DNA from: Thermoplasmata archaeon | GTDB taxonomy: Archaea > Thermoplasmatota > Thermoplasmata > RBG-16-68-12 > JAJISG01 | Direction of reading: 5' to 3' | DNA length: 24,000 nt | Assembly: GCA_046759985.1 (NCBI GenBank) | Contig: JBHIDH010000001.1 | Span: 8,634-32,633, forward strand | Part shown: positions 16,583-23,437 of the stretch, piece after piece | Layout: the number at the start of each line of letters is the position of its first letter | How positions within the stretch are numbered: position 1 is the first letter of the stretch | The notes under the pieces: generated by a model | What the model saw: the letters and a program-made list of their open reading frames with translations, nothing else | What the model was told of the DNA's origin: nothing | Database searches by the model: none | Translations under genes and position numbers: made by a program

Positions 16583-17124
16583 AGCGCGCGGAGGCCCTGC
16601 GGGCCCTGGCCGACGTCGGATACCCGCTGATCTGCAACCTTGGATACGCCTCGCGGGAGCTCTACCAGGTCGCCGACCGGCCCGCCAACTTCTACATGAT
16701 GGGTTCCATGGGTCTGGCCAGCTCCATCGGCCTGGGTCTGGCCCTGGCCCGGCCCGAGAGGGTGCTCGCCGTCGACGGGGACGGTTCCGTCCTGATGAAC
16801 ATGGGCGCCCTCTCGACCTTGGCCCACTTTGGCCCGCCCAACCTCGTCGTGGTCATCCTCGACAACGCCGTCCATGGCAGCACGGGGAACCAGCCCTCCC
16901 ACACCGCCCTGGGGACGGACCTGGCGGCCGTTGCCCGGGCCTGCGGGGTGGAGGCCGTGGCCACCGTGGACACCCTGGCCGCCCTCCGCGCCGCGGTGGA
17001 GGAGGCCACGGGTCCGGCCGTCGTGGTCGCGCGGGTGGAACCGGGGAATGAGGACGTCCCCGTCGTGCCGCTGGGCCCTCCCGAAGTTCGGAGTCGGTTC
17101 ATGGCCGCCCTCGCCCGGAGCTAG
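16579..17124 (+). CDS. comE: Sulfopyruvate (or phosphonopyruvate) decarboxylase beta subunit; TPP-binding (PP) domain
   Basis: GTG 16579 overlaps the comD stop (GTGA). TPP motif GDGSVLMNMGALSTLAHFGPPNLVVVILDN. 181 aa. Confidence 0.78.
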   Translation: MKRAEALRALADVGYPLICNLGYASRELYQVADRPANFYMMGSMGLASSIGLGLALARPERVLAVDGDGSVLMNMGALSTLAHFGPPNLVVVILDNAVHGSTGNQPSHTALGTDLAAVARACGVEAVATVDTLAALRAAVEEATGPAVVVARVEPGNEDVPVVPLGPPEVRSRFMAALARS

Positions 17125-17137
17125 GGGGACCCGCCCG

Positions 17138-18094
17138 TCACACGGCCGCCGCCCCAGCCTCCTCGTAATGGGCGGGCTCCGGATGGACCCGGGCGAGAAA
17201 CCGCGTGTCAAAGACCTCGTCCGCCTCGAGGGGGCGGGCCAGGTAGCCCAGCTCCCGCAGGGGCGGGACGAAGGCCATCGTCGCCTCGATGTAGACGGGA
17301 GGCAGGGCTCCGCAATACTTGGGGGAGATCCGGTAGGTTTCGTGGACGAACCCCTCGTCGATGATGGCGACGACGCCGGCGGTCAGGGTCGCCGCCTCGC
17401 GGGGTCGCGTTCGGATGAAGTGGGTGGCCTCCTCGTGGGCGTGGAGGAAGGCCTCCAAGGCCGCGGGGGCATCGTCGATGAACTCCGTGCGCGCCACGAG
17501 GCCGTAGCTGGGGTTGTGGGGCCACAGCGCGGCGGGGGGGACGAGGAGCCGGGAGCCGACCCAGTGCTTGCCCGCCACGGCCAAGGCGGGGGTTCCCGCC
17601 GCGCCCACCAGGTCCCCCTCGTCCAAGGCATCCGGGATCAGGTCGGCCTGGACGAAGTTCTTCACCTCCACCTCCTCCTCGAGGCCCTCCTTCCGAAGCA
17701 GATGCCGGACGATGACGTCGTGGATCGAGCCGCCCGTGGGGGTGCCCACCGCCCCGCCTCGGAACTGTGCTAGGGTCGTGGCCAGGCTTCCCCCTGCGTC
17801 TTGGAGGGTCTTGGCGTCGGGCGGGCCGATGAGCACGGTCCCCTCCATGTGCCCGCCGGCGACACAACGAACGGGGACCCCCCGGGCTATCCCAATCATG
17901 GCGGGAGGAAGGCCGATGTACCCCACGTCCAGGCGGCCCCGGCGGAAGGCCTCCATCATGGCCGGCCCCGTGGGGAAGAGCTCCCATTCCGCCTCCACCG
18001 GGGTCCCCGCCCACGCGGGTGACATGAGGAGCAAGGAGGTATGGTAAAAGGTCGAGAGGTGACCGATGCGTAGCGGGGCAGTGGCAGACGTCAC
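17138..18094 (-). CDS. NMT1/THI5-SsuA-like (NitT/TauT substrate-binding fold) protein without a signal peptide
   Basis: LRIGHLSTFYH ... FPTGPAMMEAFRRGRLDVGYIGLPPAMIGIARGVPV fits the SsuA/NMT1 periplasmic-binding-protein pattern. The N-terminus (V)TSATAPLRIGH has no hydrophobic leader or lipobox. Confidence 0.68.
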   Translation of the reverse strand: MTSATAPLRIGHLSTFYHTSLLLMSPAWAGTPVEAEWELFPTGPAMMEAFRRGRLDVGYIGLPPAMIGIARGVPVRCVAGGHMEGTVLIGPPDAKTLQDAGGSLATTLAQFRGGAVGTPTGGSIHDVIVRHLLRKEGLEEEVEVKNFVQADLIPDALDEGDLVGAAGTPALAVAGKHWVGSRLLVPPAALWPHNPSYGLVARTEFIDDAPAALEAFLHAHEEATHFIRTRPREAATLTAGVVAIIDEGFVHETYRISPKYCGALPPVYIEATMAFVPPLRELGYLARPLEADEVFDTRFLARVHPEPAHYEEAGAAAV

Positions 18095-18180
18095 CCGGCA
18101 GGTCCCCCCATCCGGCGGCCCGGCTACGAGGGGCTGACCGATAAATCCTTCGAGCCCCCGGGCGGAGGGTCCGTTGGAAC

Positions 18181-18191
18181 CCTAAATAAGG
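18181..18191 (+). promoter_or_regulatory. TATA-like box (cctaaataagg)
   Basis: Lies 31-37 bp upstream of GTG 18217/18223. A second pocket, cgataaatcc at 18139-18148, faces the divergent gene. Confidence 0.5.
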
Positions 18192-18216
18192 AGGGGGCCT
18201 ACCAAGACGGGGAGGA

Positions 18217-19221
18217 GTGCCCGTGGCTGCCTTCGGCATCATGATCCCGCAGGGCTGGTTTGCGGAGTTGCCCCCTCCCATGCCCGCCCCCCAACAATGG
18301 GGGGAGATGGTCCGGGTCGCCCGGGAGGTCGAGGACCTGGGCTACGCATCCGGATGGCTCTTCGACCACTTCCGCCCCCACCCCTCGATTCCCACCGAGC
18401 GGGCTCCCCAGACCTCAACCTTCGAGTGCTGGACGGGTCTGTCTGCCCTGGCGAGGGAGACGCGAAGGCTCCGCCTGGGCTCCCTGGTCACCGCCCAGGG
18501 GTATCGCTCCCCCGCTCTCCTGGCCAAGATGGCCGCCAGCGTCGACGTCATCTCGGGAGGTCGCCTCGAGTTCGGCATCGGGGCGGGCACCTTCGAGGAG
18601 GAGCACCGTAGCTACGGCTTCCCCTTCGACCCCCCTCGGGCCCGGATCGCGCAGCTGGAGGAGGCCATCCAGATCGTCCGGGCGATGTGGCAAGAAGAGA
18701 AGGCGACCTTTGCGGGGCGGTACTTCGCCGTTCGGGAGGCTCCCTGCGTTCCGAAACCGGTCCAGCGGCCCGGGCCGCCCATCACCGTGGGGGCCGGGCT
18801 GGGAAGGAAGCTTCCCGTCCTCCGGGTCGCCGCGCGCTGGGCCGACCGCTGCAACCTCCTGCGGTGCGACGAGGAGGAGTGCGCCCGCCAGCTGGGCATC
18901 CTCCGACGCCACGCCGAGGCCGTGGGCCGGGACTACGACGCCCTCGAGAAATCCGTGCACCTGGGCCTGCTCATCGGGCGGGACGCCAAGGAGGTGGAAC
19001 GGCGCCTCCGTCGCCGCAAGCCCGCCGACCTCTCCCTGGCGGCGTTTCGGGCACAGCAGGAGCCGGGGGCGGTCATCGGAACGCCCGAGGAGGTCACGGC
19101 TCGCCTCCTGCGATACCGAGACCTGGGCGTAACGTACTTCATCTTTCAGGTGGACGGGGCCCTCGAAGGAGACCCCCTTCGGCTGTTCGCCGACGAGGTG
19201 ATGCCGCACATGGCGGGCTGA
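18217..19221 (+). CDS. LLM-class (luciferase-like) F420-dependent oxidoreductase, Rv1855c-like
   Basis: FGIMIPQG, EDLGYASGWLFDHF, ECWTGLSALARETRRLRLGSLV, YRSPALLAKMAASVDVISGGRLEFGIGAG. GTG 18223 has the best SD spacing (GGAGGAG); alternatives are 18217 and ATG 18241. Confidence 0.87.
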   Translation: MPVAAFGIMIPQGWFAELPPPMPAPQQWGEMVRVAREVEDLGYASGWLFDHFRPHPSIPTERAPQTSTFECWTGLSALARETRRLRLGSLVTAQGYRSPALLAKMAASVDVISGGRLEFGIGAGTFEEEHRSYGFPFDPPRARIAQLEEAIQIVRAMWQEEKATFAGRYFAVREAPCVPKPVQRPGPPITVGAGLGRKLPVLRVAARWADRCNLLRCDEEECARQLGILRRHAEAVGRDYDALEKSVHLGLLIGRDAKEVERRLRRRKPADLSLAAFRAQQEPGAVIGTPEEVTARLLRYRDLGVTYFIFQVDGALEGDPLRLFADEVMPHMAG

Positions 19222-19257
19222 CCGGTTCCTGGAGGACTTAAGTCGGAGGAGGCACAT

Positions 19258-19512
19258 GTGTGCCGCATGGGCTCGGAGTCGGTCCAGGAGCAGGTCCGAA
19301 GTATCATTGAGCGCTACTCGGAGGGGACGACCTCACACGGCCTCAAGATCGAGTTCGTCTCCTTCGCGGACGGCGTCGCCCGCGTTCGTATGGAGCGGTT
19401 GGTGACGGAGCACCAGTGCGGCGAGTGTGACGTCCAGATTCCCATGGCCCTGAACCACCTCATGCAGGAACTGGGCGACGTGGAAGGCCTGGATCACGTC
19501 GAAGCCCAGTGA
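19258..19512 (+). CDS. NifU-C-terminal-domain-like small protein
   Basis: GGAGGAGG SD 5 nt before GTG 19258. The pattern IEFVSFADGVARVRM...CGEC....MALNHLMQEL resembles the Nfu/NifU C-terminal domain with its CxxC. Confidence 0.55.
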   Translation: MCRMGSESVQEQVRSIIERYSEGTTSHGLKIEFVSFADGVARVRMERLVTEHQCGECDVQIPMALNHLMQELGDVEGLDHVEAQ

Positions 19513-19534
19513 GATCCCCTCCCTCGGGGCCGAG

Positions 19535-19555
19535 GAGACGGTCGAGGGCCGTCTC
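19535..19555. terminator. Stem-loop gagacgg tcgaggg ccgtctc between convergent genes
   Basis: Perfect 7-bp stem beginning 23 nt after the stop at 19512. No T-tract follows. Confidence 0.25.
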
Positions 19556-19586
19556 TCGCGTGCGCTCACCCAATCACAAGGGAGAG

Positions 19587-19609
19587 ATCGGGAGGCTCTC
19601 CTTCCCGAT
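19587..19609. terminator. Stem-loop atcgggagg ctct ccttcccgat
   Basis: 9-bp stem with a 1-nt bulge and a tetraloop, 44-66 nt beyond the stop of the minus-strand MetE-like gene. Confidence 0.25.
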
Positions 19610-19652
19610 TCCTAGAGGATTTCCTTAGCCCGCGACGGCGCGCCGGAGGGTC

Positions 19653-20762
19653 CTAGACCTCCTTCCGGGCGAGGTTCGCCCCTTCCACGAGCGACTTCAG
19701 CTTGAACTGGGCGACGGTCCGGTCCATGACCGTAATGAGGCCGCAGTCCGTCGTGGCGTAGAGCTTGTTGGCATCCACGAACTTGACGGCGTTCGTGAGC
19801 AGGTCGGCGATCTTCTCCGGGCTCTCCACGAGGAGGTTCGAGATGCTGACGGCCCCGAGGGCGATATTCTTGTCCGACTCGTACTCGCCCATGACCCGGA
19901 GGACGTCTTCCCCCGCATAGGACATGTGCATGTTCACCGTGTCGGCGTTCGTCTCGAGGAGGTGTGGGTAGGCAATGTCCCAGGCTCGTTCCGCGCCGGC
20001 CCCGAGGAGGGGCTGGCCATGGAGACGGCCCCAGCACACGTGAATCCACTTCTCCGCCTTCACGCCGTCGAACATCGCGTTGAAGGCGTCGACGAAGAAG
20101 GCGAACTCGTCGTCGGAGACCTCTCGGAAGGACGGCAGGACGTTGATGGGCGAGGTGTCCGTCTGGATGAACGGCACGCCCGTCTTGTCCAGGTCGCGCA
20201 GCGCCCCGTTGTAGATCTTGGCCAAGTCCATGATGAGGTCGGTCTGCTCCTTGTAGGCTCCCCCGTTGAGGATCATCGTCGCAATCACCGAAGAGTCGCC
20301 GATGTTGAACTTGATGGGCTTGTCCGTGAGCTCCTCGGAGATCTTGTACTCCAGGGCCAACCGCATCGGCCCGGCACTGAGCTTCTCGGTGGCCACGGGC
20401 GATCCGTAGGCGCTGGCCATTTCCTGGATGACCTCCAGCGGGTGGCCCGCGAAGATGCTGGTAATCTCTTCGGATCGGCCCGTGATGCCGTTGATCCGAT
20501 CCAGGGTGTACTGGAACCAGCCGGTCCCGCCACGGAACTCGTCGTAGGCCATCTTCCCGTCGGCCACGATGTCGAGGCCGGCGAGTTCTTGGTCCTTGAG
20601 CACCGCGGCCACGGCGTCGCGATAGGCCTGCTCGAAGGTCGGGTCCTTGAACGCCTCCAGCATGTCGCGTCCCTGGAGCTGGTACGGTGTGAACCACTTG
20701 GGCTTGGGGTAGGCGCCCACGTGCGTCGTCGCGATGGGCTTCTCTATGTTCTTAACAACCAT
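19653..20762 (-). CDS. Cobalamin-independent methionine synthase (MetE catalytic-domain)-like methyltransferase
   Basis: Zn-ligand layout: IHVCWG (His/Cys) and TTDCGL (Cys). N-terminal HVGAYPKP. 369 aa. SD GGGGGAG and a TATA-like box at 20795-20805 lie upstream. Confidence 0.78.
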   Translation of the reverse strand: MVVKNIEKPIATTHVGAYPKPKWFTPYQLQGRDMLEAFKDPTFEQAYRDAVAAVLKDQELAGLDIVADGKMAYDEFRGGTGWFQYTLDRINGITGRSEEITSIFAGHPLEVIQEMASAYGSPVATEKLSAGPMRLALEYKISEELTDKPIKFNIGDSSVIATMILNGGAYKEQTDLIMDLAKIYNGALRDLDKTGVPFIQTDTSPINVLPSFREVSDDEFAFFVDAFNAMFDGVKAEKWIHVCWGRLHGQPLLGAGAERAWDIAYPHLLETNADTVNMHMSYAGEDVLRVMGEYESDKNIALGAVSISNLLVESPEKIADLLTNAVKFVDANKLYATTDCGLITVMDRTVAQFKLKSLVEGANLARKEV

Positions 20763-20997
20763 TATGGCTCCCCCGCGCGCGAGACGGAAAGACGATACTT
20801 AAAGCTTCGCTGAGACGCTATAGATTGACATTGAACTCGTGCCTCCCTCCTCCATATGGCCGAATCGGACCTCGCCCGTCCTCCGCGGGGTGGTGGCCCC
20901 GCCGGGCATCCGGAGGAGGTCCGGGCCCCCGTCGCCGCCTTTCCTCCGGTAAGCCTTGCCGCCGTCCTCCTCCAAGGCCATGAGGTTGCCTCCAACA

Positions 20998-21011
20998 GCA
21001 CCTATATCGAG
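20998..21011. promoter_or_regulatory. TATA-like box (cacctatatcgagg)
   Basis: Lies 34 bp upstream of ATG 21038 (MFS). On the other strand it is about 24 bp from ATG 20981, the start of a candidate small ORF. Confidence 0.5.
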
Positions 21012-21037
21012 GAGCTGCATCTGCAAGGGCCGCTGGC

Positions 21038-22408
21038 ATGGCCACGAAGGAGACGCGCGTCGGTCCCCGGAGTGTCGAGGCCGTTCTGGGAGAGGGCGGC
21101 TTCACCCCGTTTCACCGAAGGATCGTGTTCATCACGGGCTTCGCCTGGACCTTCGTCGCTTTCGAGATCATCCTGATTGGGCTCGTGCTCCCGGCGATCG
21201 GCGCGGAGTTCGGGATCTTTGACCTCGCCACGTTCACGTCCACGGACCCTCTCCAATACGGCGCCATCGTGTCCGCGACGCTCTTGGGTTCGTTCCTAGG
21301 GAGCATCTCCCTGGGGAGACTGTCGGACCGGCAGGGGCGGCGGACCCTGTTCCAGGTCAGCATTGTCGTCTACTCGATCTTCACGGCCCTGACGGCCCTC
21401 TCGTTCAACCCTACGAGCCTGTTCACCTTCCGTCTCCTGGCGGGGATCGGTCTCGGCGGCATGCTCGTCATCGACCCCCCCATCCTGTCGGAGTTTCTCC
21501 CGCCTCAACACCGCGGACGGTATATGGTCCTCTTGGACTTCTTCTGGCCCGTGGGGTTCCTCCTAGCCATCGGCTTCTGGTTCTTCTTCCTCATCCAGCT
21601 GGAAGGCGCCTGGCGACTTCTCTTCGTGGCCGCGGCCTTTCCCGCCTTCATCGCCTTCGTGTTCCGCCGAAGGGTGCCCGAGAGCCCGTACTACCTCGCG
21701 CGACAGGGCAGACTGGAGGAGGCGGCCGAGGTCCTGCGCCGGGTCACGGGGTCGGCCGTGCGCGCCAGCGATCTGACAAGAGAACCCGCCGTGCCTCGCG
21801 CCCCCATGGCGGCGTTGTTTCAAGGCGCCCTGTTCCGTAGGACCGCCGTCACCATCGGTGTGTGGATCGCCCTGAACTTCAGCTACTACGGGCTCTTCCT
21901 GTGGCTCCCCCTGGCGTTGGCCGGATTCGGCATCGTCGACTTCGGGGACCCCCGCACCCTGGCCCTCTTCCTCATCGTGTCCGCCCTGGCGCAGTTCCCC
22001 GGATACGCGGCCTCCATGATCCTGGTGGAACGCTGGGGTCGCAAGAAGACCCTCACGCTCTTCCTCACCCTCGGCGGTGTCAGCGGCTACATCTTTGCCA
22101 CGGCACAGGACTTCTGGACGCTGATTCTTGGCCTCGTCTTCGTGAGCTTCTTCAACTTGGGCGCCTGGGGGGCCGTCTACCCGTACACCTCGGAGCTGTT
22201 TCCCACGCAGTACCGGGCCACCGGCTTCGGGCTGGCGGAGGGCGTGGGGAAGATCACGGCCATCCTCGCCCCCCTGGTTTTCGCCGCCCTTCTCCTGTCC
22301 ACCGGGGGGGTCCTATGGCCCCTCACCTCGGTGGCCCTCCTCATGCTCGCCGGGGGCGTGGTGGCCGGGGTCTTCGGTCCTGAGACCAAGGGGGAGCCCT
22401 TTCTCTGA
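21038..22408 (+). CDS. MFS transporter (sugar-porter/metabolite:H+ symporter-like)
   Basis: About 12 TM helices. The loop 2-3 motif GRLSDRQGRR and the second-half WGRKKT are typical MFS signatures. Confidence 0.9.
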   Translation: MATKETRVGPRSVEAVLGEGGFTPFHRRIVFITGFAWTFVAFEIILIGLVLPAIGAEFGIFDLATFTSTDPLQYGAIVSATLLGSFLGSISLGRLSDRQGRRTLFQVSIVVYSIFTALTALSFNPTSLFTFRLLAGIGLGGMLVIDPPILSEFLPPQHRGRYMVLLDFFWPVGFLLAIGFWFFFLIQLEGAWRLLFVAAAFPAFIAFVFRRRVPESPYYLARQGRLEEAAEVLRRVTGSAVRASDLTREPAVPRAPMAALFQGALFRRTAVTIGVWIALNFSYYGLFLWLPLALAGFGIVDFGDPRTLALFLIVSALAQFPGYAASMILVERWGRKKTLTLFLTLGGVSGYIFATAQDFWTLILGLVFVSFFNLGAWGAVYPYTSELFPTQYRATGFGLAEGVGKITAILAPLVFAALLLSTGGVLWPLTSVALLMLAGGVVAGVFGPETKGEPFL

Positions 22409-22563
22409 CATGCTGGGCGAGGCGAGTCTCCTCCCTCTGGCCCTCGAAGCCAGGCCGCGTAAGGGGAGAGGGACATCGCTGCGTTGAACTGGGAGAGAAG
22501 GATCTTCTCCGCCTCCCGGCAGAAGAAGCGACCAGCAGGCGGACGAATTGGGGGGAAGATGCC

Positions 22564-22728
22564 TCAGTCTTCGCGGTCCTTTTTCCCTTCTAGGACCACG
22601 TTCTTGACCGTGGGAACGTCCTTCTCTTCCTCGTCGATGTAGGTGAGATAGCCGGATCCAACGTTGAGGTGAACCAGGCTCACCCCTTTCTTCACGTCGA
22701 CGATTGTCTTCTCACTCTTTCGCTTCAT
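22564..22728 (-). CDS. Hypothetical 54-aa Lys/Glu-rich protein
   Basis: ATG 22728 lies 34 bp downstream of a strong TATA box, with no SD (leaderless). GC3 is about 72 percent. The ORF-track start 22785 would include the TATA box. Confidence 0.45.
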   Translation of the reverse strand: MKRKSEKTIVDVKKGVSLVHLNVGSGYLTYIDEEEKDVPTVKNVVLEGKKDRED

Positions 22729-22756
22729 AAGGAGCGATGGACCTCGGGCCCGGCAC

Positions 22757-22768
22757 TTATATAATAGC
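22757..22768 (-). promoter_or_regulatory. TATA box (minus-strand ctattatataag)
   Basis: Best TATA match in the window, centred 34 bp upstream of ATG 22728. Confidence 0.55.
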
Positions 22769-22839
22769 TCGAGGACAAAAGTCACGGTTGATAATCACCA
22801 GCCGCACGGAACGGTTCGAGACGCGTGTCGAGGTGCGCG

Positions 22840-23208
22840 TCAGCAAGGCGGGGGAATCGATACGGGGAACGGAAACGGGAACGCGAATCCCAGGATGAAG
22901 ATGATCGCGCCCCCGATGAACAGGGACCCCCTCAGCCGGCCGTCGACGTTGGGGGAGCGAGCGCCAGCCACAAACATCCCGAAGATGAGCAGAAAGGTTC
23001 CAATTCGGACGAGGAATGCGCCTGTGGTCAGCAGCCGGAGGACGAGATCTGTGTCGCAGACTGCGCTAAACCGGTCGGTGTAGCTGATGAAAAAGGTCGA
23101 AGAAAAGGAGACTAAGACCCCCGCGAATGCGACCGCAACGCCCGCGAGAATGAAAACCACCCACGGAATCGGGACCGACCCTGTGGACCCGGACGCGATC
23201 GCTTCCAT
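22840..23208 (-). CDS. Hypothetical 122-aa integral membrane protein (3-4 TM)
   Basis: Hydrophobic segments PIPWVVFILAGVAVAFAGVLVSF, GAFLVRIGTFLLIFGMFVAGA and LFIGGAIIFILGFAFPFPFPV. GGGGGA SD 6 nt before the ATG. A TATA-like ccgtaaatagc at 23249-23259 lies upstream. Confidence 0.6.
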   Translation of the reverse strand: MEAIASGSTGSVPIPWVVFILAGVAVAFAGVLVSFSSTFFISYTDRFSAVCDTDLVLRLLTTGAFLVRIGTFLLIFGMFVAGARSPNVDGRLRGSLFIGGAIIFILGFAFPFPFPVSIPPPC

Positions 23209-23313
23209 GAAGATTTCCCCCGCCGAGGCGCAAGAGAGGTGCCCACATCCGTAAATAGCTTTCTCCGGCTCGGGCGCGTTAGGAGCTCAGAGGCGCCCAG
23301 CTACACCTCGGAA

Positions 23314-23339
23314 GCAGACTAGAGGCGACCTCTGTCTGC
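23314..23339. repeat. 26-bp imperfect palindrome gcagac-t-agagg cga cctct gtctgc
   Basis: 11 complementary pairs with a single bulged T and a 3-nt centre. It lies in the 229-bp spacer between divergent genes. Confidence 0.7.
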
Positions 23340-23437
23340 AACCCCTTAAGAACGAGTGGGCGTTCATAGTGCCGGGAAGGCCGGAGCCCGGTCTCCGTTG
23401 GGGGCTCCCGTAGGAAGACGGGCTCCTAGGTGGTCTC

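Noticed and set aside
16088-17124. Taking comDE as evidence that the organism is a methanogen.
   Set aside because: ComDE homologues also occur in sulfonate-degrading bacteria and act as phosphonopyruvate decarboxylases. No mcr, mtr or other CoM genes are in the window, so no physiological inference is justified.
20856-21176. Plus-strand 106-aa ORF starting 36 bp after the extra AT pocket.
   Set aside because: It runs 138 bp into the MFS gene in another frame. Its positional GC pattern (GC1 above GC3) is the reverse of genuine genes here. The opposite-strand frame fits coding periodicity better.
22480-23300. GC dip interpreted as a horizontally acquired islet.
   Set aside because: Third-codon-position GC of the two genes stays high (about 72 percent for the 54-aa gene). 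The dip is largely explained by the Lys/Glu/Ile/Phe-rich amino-acid composition and by promoter spacers. I found no integrase, tRNA target or convincing flanking direct repeats.
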